A stretch of 64,000 nt of DNA from the human T2T-CHM13v2.0 reference genome, Homo sapiens. Below the pieces are notes generated by a model. The model searched no databases, was not told the DNA's origin, and saw only the letters and a list, made by a program, of their open reading frames with translations. The stretch is from NCBI RefSeq assembly GCF_009914755.1, contig NC_060937.1; one strand, written 5' to 3'. This document shows positions 15,620 to 32,100 of the stretch, one piece after another; position 1 is the stretch's first letter, and every line of letters starts with the position of its first letter. The position numbers and the translations under genes are program-made.

Positions 15620-18600
15620 AATATCAAAATACCCCAAATATATATTATACACTGTACATGAAATATCAAAGAACACAAACTATATATTATATACTGTAGA
15701 TAAAATATAAAAGTACACAAAGTATATATTCTATACTGTACAAAAAATATCAAAGTACCCAAAGCATGTATTATATACTGTACATAAAATATGAAAGTGC
15801 ATCAAATATATATTTTATTCTGCACATAAAATATCAAAGTACACCAAATATATATTCTATACTGTACATAAAATATCAAAGTACCGAAAGCATATATTAA
15901 ATACTGTACATAAAATATCAAAGTACAGAAATATTTATTGTGAACTCTAAATAAAATATTAAAGTAACCAAACTATATATTATATATTGTACATAAAAAA
16001 TCAAAATACCCAAACTATAGATTTTATACTGTACATAAAATATGAAAGTAAACCAAATATATATTCTGTACTGTAAATAAAATATCAAAGTACCCAAACA
16101 TGTATTATATACTGTACATAAAATATCAAAGTACACAAACATTTATTGTGAACTCTAAATAAAATATCAATGTAACCAAACAATATAGTACATATTGTAC
16201 ATAAAAAATCAAAGTACCCAAACTATAGATTTGATACTGTACATAAAATATCAAAGTACCCAAACTATACATTATATACTGTACATAAAATATGAACTTA
16301 CATCAAATACAGATTATATTAGCTACATAAAATATGAAAGTACATCAAATATAGATTATATACTGTACATAAAATATCAAAGTACCCAAAATACATATTA
16401 TATACTGTACATGAAATATCAAAGTACACAAACTATATATTATATAGTGTAGATAAAATATCAAAGTTCCCAAAGTAGATATTCTATACTGTACAAAAAA
16501 TATGAAAGTACACAAGGCATGTATTATACACTGTACATAAAATATGAAAGTACATCAAATGTATATTTTATACTCTACATAAAATATGAAAGTACACGAA
16601 ATATGTATTCTATACTGTTCATAAAATATCAAAGTACCGAAAGCATGTATTATATACTGTACATAAAATATCAAAGTACATAAACATTTATTGTGAACCC
16701 TAAATAAAATATCAATGTAACCAAACTATGTAGTACATATTGTACATAAAAAATCAAATTACCCAAGCTATAGATTTTATACTGTACATAAAATATCAAA
16801 GTACACCAAATATCTATTCTATACTGCACATAAAATATCAAAGTACCCAAACATGTATTATATACTGTACATAAAATATCAAAGTACACGAAATATATAT
16901 TCTATAGTGTACATAACATACTAAAGAACAGCAACTATATATTCTATACAGTACATAAAATATCAAACTACCCAAACATATATTGTATACTGTACATAAT
17001 ATATCAAACTACACAAATTATATATTTTATACTGTACATAAAATATCAAAGTACCCAAAATATACATTATATACTGTACATAAAATATGAACTTACATCA
17101 AATATATATTATGTTAGGTACATAAAATATGAAAGTACATCAACTATAGATTATATACTGTACATAAAATATCAAAGTACCCCAAATATATATTATATAC
17201 TGTACATGAAATATCAAAGTACACAAACTATATATTATATACTGTAGATAAAATATCAAAGTACCCAAAGTAGATAATCTATACTGTACAAAAAATATGA
17301 AAGTACCCATGGCATGTATTATACACTGTACATAAAATATGAAAGTACATCAAAAGTATATTTTATACTGTACATAAAATATGAAAGTACACAAAATATG
17401 TATTCTATACTGTTCATAAAATATCAAAGTACCCAAAGCATGTATTATATACTGTACTTAAAATATCAAAGTACACAAACATTTATTGTGAACTCTAAAT
17501 AAATTATCAATGTAACCAAACTATACATTATATACTGTACATAAAATATGAAATTACATCAAATATATGTTATATTAGGTACATAAAATATGAAACTACA
17601 TCAAATGTAGATTATATACTGTACATAAAATATCAAATACCCCAAATATATATTATACACTGTACATGAAATATCAAAGTTCACAAACTATATGTTATAT
17701 ACTGTACATAAAATATCAAAGTACCCAAGGTATATATTCTATACTATACAAAAAATATCAAACTACCCACGCATGTATTATATACTGTACATAAAATATG
17801 AAATTACATCAAATACATATTCTATTCTGTACACAAAATATCAAAGTACACCAGATATATATTCTATAGTGTACATAAAATATCAAAGTACCCAAAATAG
17901 ACATTGTACACTGTACATAAAATATGAAATTACATCAAATATATATTATATTAGGAACATGAAATATGAAAGTACATCAAATGTAGATTATATACTGTAC
18001 ATAATATATCAAAGTACCCCAAATATATATTATATACAGTACATGAAATATCAAAATACACAAACTAAATATTATATACTGTACATAAAATATCAAAGTA
18101 CCCAAGCTATATATTCTATACTGTACAAAAAATATGAAAGTTCCCAAAGCATGAATTATATACTGCACATAAAATATGAAAGTACTTCAAATATATATTT
18201 TATTCTGTACATAAAATATCAATGTACATCAGATATATATTTTATAGTGTATATAAAATATCAAAGTACCCAAACTATACATTATATACTGTACATAAAA
18301 TATGAAAGTACATCAAATATATATTTTATTCTGTACATAAAATATCAAAGTACACCAAATATATATGCTATAGTGTACATAAAATATCAATGTACCCAAA
18401 CTATACATTATATAGTGTACAAAAAATATGATATTACTTCTAATATATATTATATTAGGTACATAAAATATGAAAGTACATCAAATATAGATTATATACT
18501 ATACATAAAATATCAAAGTACCCCAAATATATATTATACACTGTACATGAAATATCAAAATACACAAACTATATATTATATACTGTACATAAAATATCAA

Positions 18601-20150
18601 ACTACCCAAGGTATATATTCTATACTGTACAAGAAATATCAAAGTACCCAAAGCATGTATTATATATTGTACATAAAATATGAAAGTACATCAAATATAT
18701 ATTTTATTCTGTACATAAAATATCAAAGTACACCAGAAATATATTTTATAGTGTATATAAAATATCAAATTACCCAAACTATACATTATATACTCTACAT
18801 AAAATATGAAATTACATCAAATATATATTATAATATGTACATAAAATATGAAACTACATCAAATATAGATTATATATTGTACATAAAATATCAAAGTACC
18901 CCAAATATATATTATATACTGTAAATGAAATATCAAAGTTCACAAAATATATATTATATACTGTACATAAAATACCAAGTACCCAAGGTATATATTCTAT
19001 ACTGTACAAAAAATATCGAAGTACCCAAAGCATGTATTATGTGCTGTACATAAAATATGAAAGTACATCAAATATATATTTTATTGTGTACATAAAATAT
19101 CAAAGTACCCCAAATATATATTATACACTGTACATGAAATATCAAAGTTCACAAACTATATATTATATACTGTACATAAAATATCAAAGTACCCAAATTA
19201 TATATTCTATACTGTACAAAAAATATCAAAATACCCAAAGCATGTATTATATACTGTATATAAAATATGAAAGTACATCAAATATATGTTTTATTCTGCA
19301 CATAAAATATCAAAGTATACCACATATATATTCTATAGTGTACATAAAATATCACAGTACCCAAACTATACATTATATACTGTACATAAAATATGAATTT
19401 ACATCAAATATATATTATATTAGGTACATAAAATACGAAAGTATATCAAATATAGATTATACACTGTACCTAAAATATCAAAGTACCCCAAATATATATT
19501 ATGCACTGTACATGAAATATCAAAATACAGAAACTATATATTATATAGTGTACATAAAATATAAAGTACCCAAGGTATATATTCTATACTGTACAAAAAA
19601 TATCAAAGTACCCAGAACATCTATTATATACCGTACATAAAATATGAAAGTACATCAAATATATATTTTATTCTGTACACAAAATATCAAAGTACACCAA
19701 ATATATATTCTATAGTGTACATAAAATATCAAACTACCCAAAATAGACATTATATACTGTACATAAAATATGAAATTACATAAAATATATATTAGGTACA
19801 TAATATATGAAAGTACATCAAATATAGATTATATACTGTACATAAAATATCAAAGTACCACAAATATATATTATATACTGTACATGTAATATGAAAGTTC
19901 ACATACTCTATATTATACACTCTACAAAAAATATCAAAGTACCCAAGTTATATATTCTATACTGTACAAAAAATATCAAAGTACCCAAAGCATGTATTAT
20001 ATACTGTACATAAAATATGAAAGTACATCTAATATATATTTTATTCTGTACATAAAATATCAAAGTACACCAGATATATATTTTATAGTGTACATAAAAT
20101 ATCAAAATACCCAAACTATACGTTATATACTGTACATAAAATATGAAATT
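15620..20150 (+). repeat. Divergent HSat1A sub-domain; core 15870-17520 contains non-canonical monomers
   Basis: Visibly higher substitution and indel density than the flanks. The monomer motif TTTATTGTGAAC(T/C)CTAAATAAA occurs at 15934, 16142, 16687 and 17482 and was not seen elsewhere. The 9-mer order is broken in the core. Confidence 0.9.
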
Positions 20151-23100
20151 ACATCAAATATATACTATATTAGGTACATAAAATATGAAAGTACATCAAA
20201 TATAGATTATATACTGTACATAAAATATCAAAGTACCCCAAATATATATTATATACTGTACATGAAATATCAAAGTTCACAAACTATATATTATATACTG
20301 TACATAAAATATCAAAGTACCCAAGGTATATATTCTATACTGTACAAAAAATATCAAAGTACCCAAAGCATGTATTATATACTGTACATAAAATATGAAA
20401 GTACATCAAATATATATTTTATTCTGTACATAAAATATCAAGGTACACCAGATATATATTCTATAGTGTACATAAAATAGCAAAGTACACAAACTATAAA
20501 TTATATACTGTACATAAAATATGAAATTACATCAAATATATATTAGGTACATAAAATATGAAAGTACATCAAATATAGATTATATACTGTACATAAAATA
20601 TCAATGTACCCCAAATATATATTTTATACTCTACATGAAATATGAAAGTTCACAAACCATATATTGTATACTGTACATAAAATATCAAAGTACCCAAGGA
20701 ATGTATTCTATACTGTACAAAAAATATCAAAGTACCCAAAGAATGTATTATATACTGTACATAAAATATGAAATTACATCAAATATATATTTTATTCTGT
20801 ACATAAAATATCAAAGTACACCAGATATATATTCTATAGTGTACATAAAATATCAAAGTACCTAAACTATACATTATATACTGTACATAAAATATGAAAT
20901 TACATCAAATATATATTATATTAGGTACATAAAATATGAAAGTACATCAAATATAGATTATATACTGTACATTAAGTACCAAAGTACCCCAAATATATAT
21001 TATATACTGTACATGAAATATGAAAGTTCACAAACTATATATTATATACTGTACATAAAATATCAAAGTACCCAAGGTATATATTCTATACTGTACAAAA
21101 AATATCAAAGTACCCAAAGCATGTATTTTATACTGTACATAAAATATGAAAGTACATCAAATATATATTTAATTCTGTACATAAAATATCAAAGTACACC
21201 AGATATATATTCTATAGTGTACATAAAATAACAAAGTACACAAACTATACATTATATACTGTACATAAAATATGAAATTACATCAAATATATATTAGGTA
21301 GATAAAATATGAAAGTACATCAAATATAGGTTATATACTGTACATAAAATATCAAAGTACCCCAAATATATATTATATACTCTACATGAAATATCAAAGT
21401 TCACAAACTATATATTATATACTGTACATAAAATATCAAAGTACCCAAAGTATATATTCTATACTGTACAAAAAATATCAAAGTACCCAAAGTATGTATT
21501 ATATACTGTATATAAAATATGAAAGTACATCAAATATATATTTTATTCTGTACATAAAATATCAAAGTACACCAGATATATATTCTATAGTGTACATAAA
21601 ATAACAAAGTACACAAACTATACATTATATACTGTACATAAAATATGAAATTACATAAAATATATATTAGGTACATAATATATGAAAGTACATCAAATAT
21701 AGATTATATACTGTACATAAAATATCAATGTACCCCAAATATATATTTTATACTCTACATGAAATATCAAAGTTCACAAACTATATATTATATACTGTAC
21801 ATAAAATATCAAAGTACCCAAGGTATATATTCTATACTGTACAAAAAATATCAAAGTACCCAAAGCATGTATTATATACTGTACATAAAATATGAAAGTA
21901 CATCAAATATATATTTTATTCTGTACATAAAATATCAAAGTACACCAGATATATATTCTATAGTGTACATAAAATAACAAAGTACACAAACTATAAATTA
22001 TATACTGTACGTAAAATATGAAATTACATCAAATATATATTAGGTACATAAAATATGAAAGTACATCAAATATAGATTATATACTGTACATATAATATCA
22101 ATGTACCCCAAATATATATTTTATACTGTACATGAAATATCAAAGTTCACAAACCATACATTATATACTGTACATAAAATATCAAAATACCCAAGGTATA
22201 TATTCTATACTGTACAAAAAATATCAAAGTACCCAAAGCATGTATTATATACTGTACATAAAATATGAAAGTACATCAAATATATATTTTATTCTGTACA
22301 TAAAATATCAAAGTACACCAGATATATATTCTATAGTGTACATAAAATATCAAAGTACCCAAACTATACTTTATATACTATACATAAAATATGAAATTAC
22401 ATCAAATATATATTATATTAGGTACATAAAATATGAAAGTACATCAAATATAGATTATATACTGTACATTAAATACGAAAGTACCCCAAATATATATTTT
22501 ATACTGTACATGAAATATCAAAGTTCACAAACTATATATTATATACTGTACATAAAATATCAAAGTACCCAAGGTATATATTCTATACTGTACAAAAAAT
22601 ATCAAAGTACCCAAAGCATGTATTTTATACTGTACATAAAATATGAAAGTACATCAAATATATATTTTATTCTGTACATAAAATATCAAAGTACACCAGA
22701 TATATATTCTATAGTGTGCATAAAATATCAAAGTACCCAAACTATACATTATATACTGTACATAAAATATGAAATTACATCAAATATATATTATATTAGG
22801 TACATAAAATATGAAAGTACATCAAATATAGATCATATACTGTACATAAAATATCAAAGTACCCCAAATATATATTATATACTCTACGTGAAATATCAAA
22901 GTTCACATACTATATATTATATACTGTACATAAAATACCAAAGTACCCAAGCTATATATTCTATACTGCACAAAAAATATCAAAGTACCCAAAGCATGTA
23001 TTATAAACTGTACATAAAATATGAAAGTACATCAAATATATATTTTATTCTGTACATAAAATATCAAAGTACACCAGATATATATTCTATAGTGTACATA

Positions 23101-26100
23101 AAATATCAAAGTACACAAAACTATACATTATGTACTGTACATAAAATATGAAATTACATCAATATATATTAGGTACATAAAACATGAAAGTACATCAAAT
23201 ATAGATTATATACTGTACATAAAATATCAAAGTACCCCAAATATATATTATATACTCTACATGAAATATCAAAGTTCACAAACTATATATTATATACCGT
23301 ACATAAAATATCAAAGTACCCAAGGTATATATTCTATACTGTACAAAAAATATCAAAGTACCTAAAGCATGTATTATATACTGTATATAAAATATGAAAG
23401 TACATCAAATATATATTTTATTCTGTACATAAAAATCAAAGTACACCAGATATATATTCTATAGTGTACATAAAATAACAAAGTACACAAACTATAAATT
23501 ATATACTGTACATAAAATATGAAATTACATCAAATATATATTAGGTACATAAAATATGAAAGTACATCAAATATAGATTATATACTGTACATAAAATATC
23601 AATGTACCCCAAATATATACTTTATACTCTACATGAAATATCAAAGTTCACAATCCATATATTATATACTGTACATAAAATATCAAAGTACCCAAGGTAT
23701 ATATTCTATACTATACAAAAAATATCAAAGTACCCAAAGCATGTATTATATACTGTACATAAAATATGAAAGTACATCAAATATATATTTTATTCTGTAC
23801 ATATAATATCAAAGTACACCAGATATATATTCTATAGTGTACATAAAATATCAAAGTACCCAAAATATACATTATATACTGTACATAAAATATGAAATTA
23901 CATCAAATATATATTATATTAGGTACATAAAATATGAAAGTACATCAAATATAGATTATATACTGTACATAAAATATCAAAGTACCCCAATTATATATTA
24001 TATACTCTACATGAAATATCAAAGTTCACAAACTATATATTATATACTGTATATAAAATATCAAAGTACCCAAGGCATATATTCTATACTGTACAAAAAA
24101 TATCAAAGTACCCAAAGCATGTATTATATACTGTATATAAAATATGAATGTACATCAAATATATATTTTATTCTGTACATAACATATCAAAGTACACAAG
24201 ATATATATTCTATAGTGTACATAAAATAACAAAGTACACAAACTATAAATTATATACTGTACATAAAATATGAAGTTGCATCAAATATATATTAGGTACA
24301 TAAAATATGAAAGTACATCAAATATAGATTATATACTGTACATAAAATATCAATGTACCCCAAATATATATTTTATACTCGACATGAAATATCAAAGTTC
24401 ACAAACCATATATTATTTACTGTACATAAAATATCAAAGTACCCAAGGTATATATTCTATACTGTACAAAAAATATCAAAGTACCCAAAGCATGTATTAT
24501 ATACTGTACATAAAATATGAAACTACATCAAATATATTTTTTATTCTGTATATAAAATATCAAAGTACACCAGATATATATTCTATAGTGTACATAAAAT
24601 ATCAAATTACCCAAACTATACATTATATACTGCACATAAAATATGAAATTACATCAAATATATATTATATTAGGTACATAAAATATGAAAGTACATCAAA
24701 TATAGATTACATACTGTACATAAAATATCAAAGTACCCCAAATATATATTATATACTGTACATGAAATATCAAAGTTCACAAACTATATATTATATACTG
24801 TACATAAAATATCAAAGTACCCAAGGTATATATTCTATACTGTACAAAAAATATCAAAGTACCCAAAGCATGTATTATATACTGTACATAAAATATGAAA
24901 GTACATCAAATATATATTTTATTCTGTACATAAAATATCAAAGTACACCAGATATATATTCTATAGTGTACATAAAATAACAAAGTACACAAACCATAAA
25001 TTATATACTGTACATAAAATATGACATTACATCAAATATATATTAGGTACTTAAAATATGAAAGAACATCAAATATAGATTATATACTGTACATAAAATA
25101 TCAATGTACCCCAAATATATATTTTATACTCTACATGAAATATCAAAGTTCACAAACTATATATTATATACTGTACATAAAATATCAAAGTACCCAAGGT
25201 ATATATTCTATACTGTACAAAAAATATCAAAGTACCCAAAGCATGTATTATATACTGTACATAAAATATGAAATTACATCAAATATATATTTTATTCTGT
25301 ACATAAAATATCAAAGTACACCAGATATATATTCTATAGTGTACATAAAATATCAAAGTACCCAAACTATACATTATATACTGTACATAAAATATGAAAT
25401 TCCATCAAATATATATTATATTAGGTACATAAAATATGAAAGTACATCAAATATAGATTATATACTGTATATTAAATACCAAAGTACCCCAAATAGATAT
25501 TTTATACTGTACATGAAATATCAAAGTTCACAAACTATATATTATATACTGTACATTAAATATCAAAGTACCCAAGGTATATATTCTATACTATACAAAA
25601 AATATCAAAGTACCCAAAGCATGTATTATATACTGTACATAAAATATGAAAGTACATCAAATATATATTTTATTCCGTACATAAAATATCAAAGTACACC
25701 AGATATATATTCTATAGCGTACATAAAATATCAAACTACCCAAACTATACATTATATACTGTACATAAAATATGAAATTACATCAAATATATATTATATT
25801 AGGTACATAAAATATGAAAGTTCATCAAATATAGAGTATATACTGTACATTAAATATCAAAGTACCCCAAATATATATTATATACTCTACATGAAATATC
25901 AAAGTTCACAAACTATATATTATATACTCTACATGTAATATCAAAGTACCCAAGGTATATATTCTATACTATACAAAAAATATCAAAGTACCCAAAGCAT
26001 GTATTATATACTGTACATAAAATATGAAAGTACATCAAATATATATTTTATTCTGTACATAAAATATCAAAGTACACCAGATATATATTCTATAATGTAC

Positions 26101-29100
26101 ATAAAATATCAAAGTACCCAAACTATACATTATATACTGTACATAAAATATGAAATTACATCAAATATATATTAGGTACATAAAATATGAAAGCACATCA
26201 AATATAGATTATATACTGTACATTAAATACCAAAGTACCCCAAATATATATTTTATACTGTACATCAAATATCAAAGTTCACAAACTATATATTATATAC
26301 TGTATATAAAATATCAAAGTACCCAAGGTATATATTCTATACTGTACAAAAAATATCAAAGTACCCAAAGCATGTATTATATACTGTACATAAAATATGA
26401 AAGTACATCAAATATATATTTTATTCTGTACATAAAATATCAAAGTACACCAGATATATATTCCATAGTGTACATAAAATATCAAAGTACCCAAACTATA
26501 CATTATATACTGTACATAAAATATGAGATTACATCAAATATATATTATATTAGCTACATAAAATATGAAAGTACGTCAGATATAGATTATATACTGTACA
26601 TAAAATATCAAAGTACCCCAAATATATATTATATACTCTACATGAAATATCAAAGTTCACAAACTATATATTATATACTGTACATAAAATATCAAAGTAC
26701 CCAAGGTATATATTCTATACTGTACAAAAAATATCAAAGTACCCAAAGCATGTATTATATACTGTATACAAAATATGAAAATACATTAAATATATATTTT
26801 ATTCTGTACATAAAATATCAAAGTACACCAGATATGTATTCTATAGTGTACATAAAATAACAAAGTACCCAAACTATACATTGTATACTGTACATAAAAT
26901 ATGAAATTACATCAAATATATATTAGGTACATAAAATATGAAAGTACATCAAATATAGATTATATACTGTACATAAAATATCAAAGTACCCCAAATATAT
27001 ATTATATACTCTACATGAAATATCAAAGTTCACAAACTATATAGTATATACTGTACATAAAATATCAAAGTACCCAAGGTATATATTCTATACTGTACAA
27101 AAAATATCAAAGTACCCAAAGCATGTATTATATACTGTACATAAAATATGAAAGTACATCAAATATATATTATATTCTGTACATAAAATATCAAAGTACA
27201 CCAGATATATATTCTATAGTGTACATAAAATAACAAAGTACACAAACTATAAATTATATACTGTACATAAAATATGAAATTACATCAAATATATATTAGG
27301 TACATAAAATATGAAAGTACATCAAATATAGATTATATACTGTACATAAAATATCAATGTACCCCAAATATATATTTTATACTCTACATGAAATATCAAA
27401 GTTCACAAACCATATATTATATACTGTACATAAAATATCAAAGTACCCAAAGTATATATTCTATACTATACAAAAAATATCAAAGTACCCAAAGCATGTA
27501 TTATATACTGTACATAAAATATGAAAGTACATCAAATATATATTTTATTCTGTACATAAAATATCAAAGTACACCAGATATATATTCTATAGTGTACATA
27601 AAATATCTAATACCCAAACTATACATTATATACTGTACATAAAATATGAGATTACATCAAATATATATTATATTAGGTACATAAAATATGAAAGTACATC
27701 TGATATAGATTATATACTGTACATAAAATATCAAAGTACCCCAAATATATATTATATACTCTACATGAAATATCAAAGTTCACAAACTATATATTATATA
27801 CTGTACATAAAATATCAAAGTACCCAAGGTATATATTCTATACTGTACAAAAAATATCAAAGTACCCAAAGCATGTATTATATACTGTATATAAAATATG
27901 AAAATACATTAAACATATATTTTATTCTGTATATGAAATATCAAAGTACACCAGATATATATTCTATAGTGTACATAAAATAACAAAGTACACAAATTAT
28001 AAATTATATACTGTACGTAAAATATGAAATTACATCAAATATATATTAGGTACATAAAATATGAAAGTACATCAAATATAGATTATATACTGTACATATA
28101 ATATCAATGAACCCCAAATATATATTTTATACTCTACATGAAATATCAAAGTTCACAAACCATACATTATATACTGTAGATAAAATATCAAAGTACCCAA
28201 GGTATATATTCTATACTGTACCAAAAATATCAAAGTACCCAAAGCATGTATTATATACTGTACATAAAATATGAAAGTACATCAAATATATATTTTATTC
28301 TGTACATAAAATATCAAAGTACACCAGATATATATTCTATAGTGTACATAAAATATCAAAGTACCCAAACTATACATTATATACTGTACATAAAATATGA
28401 AATTACATCAAATATATATTAGGTACATAAAATATGAAAGTACATCAAATATAGATTATATACTGTACATAAAATATCAAAGTACCCCAAATATATATTA
28501 TATACTGTACATGAAATATCAAATTTCAGAAACTATATATTATATACTGTACATAAAATATCAAAGTACCCAAGGTATATATTCTATACTGTACAAAAAA
28601 TATCAAAGTACCCAAAGCATGTATTATATACTGTACATAAAATATGAAAGTACATCAAATATATATTTTATTCTGTACATAAAATATCAAAGTACACCAG
28701 ATATATATTCTATAGTGTACATAAAATAACAAAGTACATAAACTATAAAATATACTGTACATAAAATATGAAATTACATCAAATATATATTAGGTACATA
28801 AAATATGAAAGTATATCAAATATAGATTATATACTGTACATATAATATCAATGTACCCCAAATATATATTTTATACTCTACATGAAATATCAAAGTTCAC
28901 AAACCATACATTATATACTGTACATAAAATATCAAAGTACCCAAGGTATATATTCTATACTGTACCAAAAATATCAAAGTACCCAAAGCATGTATTATAT
29001 ACTGTACATAAAATATGAAAGTACATCAAATATATATTTTATTCTGTATATAAAATATCAAAGTACACCAGATATATATTCTATAGTGTACATAAAATAT

Positions 29101-32100
29101 CAAAGTACCCAAACTATACATTATATACTGTACATAAAATATGAAATTACATCAAATATATATTATATTAGGTACATAAAATATGAAAGTACATCAAATA
29201 TAGATTATATACTGTACATAAAATATCAATGTACCCCAAATATATATTTTCTACTCTACATGAAATATCAAAGTTCACAAACTATATATTATATACTGTA
29301 CATAAAATATCAAAGTACCCAAGGTATATATTCTATACTGTACAAAAAATAAAAAGTACCCAAAGCATGTATTATATACTGTACATAAAATATGAAATTA
29401 CATCAAATATATATTTTATTCTGTACATAAAATATCAAAGTACACCAGATATATATTCTATAGGGTACATAAAATATCAAAGTACCCAAACTATACATTA
29501 TATACTGTACATAAAATATGAAATTACATCAAATATATATTATATTAGGTACATAAAATATGAAAGTACATCAAATATAGATTATATACTGTACATTAAA
29601 TACCAAAGTACCCCAAATATATATTTTATACTGTACATGAAATATCAAAGTTCAAACACTATATATTATATACTGTACATAAAATATCAAAGTACCCAAG
29701 GTATGTATTCTATACTGTACAAAAAATATCAAAGTACCCAAAGCATGTATTATAAACTGTACATAAAATATGAAAGTACATCAAATATATATTTTATTCT
29801 GTACATAAAATATCAAAGTACACCAGATATATATTCTATTGTGTACATAAAATATCAAAGTACCCAAACTATACATTATATACTGTACATAAAATATGAA
29901 ATTACATCAAATATATATTATATTAGGTACATAAAATATGAAAGTTCAGCAAATATAGATTATATACTGTACATTAAATATCAAAGTACCCCAAATATAT
30001 ATTATATACTCTACATGAAATATCAAAGTTCACAAACTATATATTATATACTGTACATAAAATATCAAAGTACCCAAGGTATATATTCTATACTGTATAA
30101 AAAATATCAAAGTACCCAAAGCATGTATTATATACTGTATATAAAATATGAAAGTACATCAAATATATATTTTATTCTGTACATATAATATCAAAGTACA
30201 CCAGATATATATTCTATAGTGTACATTAAATAGCAAAGTAAAAAACTATAAATTATATACTGTACATAAAATATGATATTACATCAAATATATATTAGGT
30301 ACATAAAATATGAAAGTACATCAAATATAGATTATATACTCTACATAAAATATCAATGTACCACAAGCATATATTTTATACTCTACATGAAATATCAAAG
30401 TTCAGAAACCATATCTTATATACCATACATAAAATATCAAAGTACCCAAGGTATATATTCTATACTGTACAAAAAATATCAAAGTACCCAAAGCATGTAT
30501 TATATACTGTACATAAAATATGAAAGTACATCAATTATAGATTATATACTGTAGATAAAATATCAAAGTACCCCAAATATATATTATATACTGTATATGA
30601 AATATCAAAGTTCACAAACTATATATTATATACTGTACAAAAAATATCAAAGTACCCAAGGTATATATTCTATACTGTACAAAAAATATCAAAGTACCCA
30701 AAGCATGTATTATATACTGTACATAAAATATGAAAGTACATCAAATATATATTTTATTCTGTACATAAAATATCAAAGTATACCAGATATATATTCTATA
30801 GTGTACATAAATATCAAAGTACCCAAACTATACATTATATACTGTACATAAAATATGAAATTACATCAAATATATATTATATTAGGTACATAAAATATGA
30901 AAGTACATCAAATATAGATTATATACCGTACATTAAAAACCAAAGTACCCCAAATATATATTTTATACTGTATATGAAATATCAAAGTTCACAAACTATA
31001 TATTATATACTGTACATAAAATATCAAAGTACCCAATGTATATATTCTATACTGTACAAAAAATATCAAAGTACCCAAAGCATGTATTATATACTGTACA
31101 TAAAATATGAAAGTACATCAAATATATATTTTATTCTGTACATAAAATATCAAAGTACACCAGATATATATTCTATAGTGTACATAAAATATCAAAATAC
31201 AAACTATACATTATATACTGTAAATAAAATATGAAATTACATCAAATATATTTTATATTAGGTACATAAAATATGAAAGTACATCAAATATAGATTATAT
31301 ACTGTACATTAAATACCAAAGTACCCCAAATATATATTTTATACTGTACATCAAATATCAAAGTTCACAAACTATATATTATATTCTGTACATAAAATAT
31401 CAAAGTACCCAAGGTATATATTCTATACTGTACAAAAAATATCAAAGTACCCAAAGCATGTATTATATACTGTACATAAAATATGAAAGTACATCAAGTA
31501 TATATTTTATTCTGTACATAAAACATCAAAGTACACCAGATATATATTCTATAGTGTACATAAAATATCAAAGTACCCAAACTATACATTATATACTGTA
31601 CATAAAATATGAAATTACATCAAATATATATTAGGTACATAAAATATGAAAGTACATCAAATATAGATTATATACTGTACATAAAATATCAAAGTACCCC
31701 AAATATATATTATATACTCTACATGAAATATCAAAGTTCAGAAACTATATATTATATACTGTACATAAAATATCAAAGTACCCAAGGTATATATTCTATA
31801 CTGTACAAAAAATATCAAAGTACCCAAAGCATGTATTATATACTGTACATAAAATATGAAAGTACATCAAATATATATTTTCTTCTGTACTTAAATATCA
31901 AAGTACACCAGATATATATTCTATAGTGTACATAAAATAACAAAGTACACAAACTATAAATTATATACTGTACTTAAAATATGAAATTACATCAAATATA
32001 TATTAGGTACATAAAATATGAAAGTATATCAAATATAGATTATATACTGTACATATAATATCAATGTACCCCAAATATATATTTTATACTCTGCATGAAA

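Noticed and set aside
15934-17520. Resemblance of TTTATTGTGAA...TGTAACCA to the SV40 poly(A) region, or a foreign insertion
   Set aside because: The match is short and gapped. The segment keeps the 42-bp phase and AAAATATCAA core, so it is a diverged monomer rather than vector or viral DNA.
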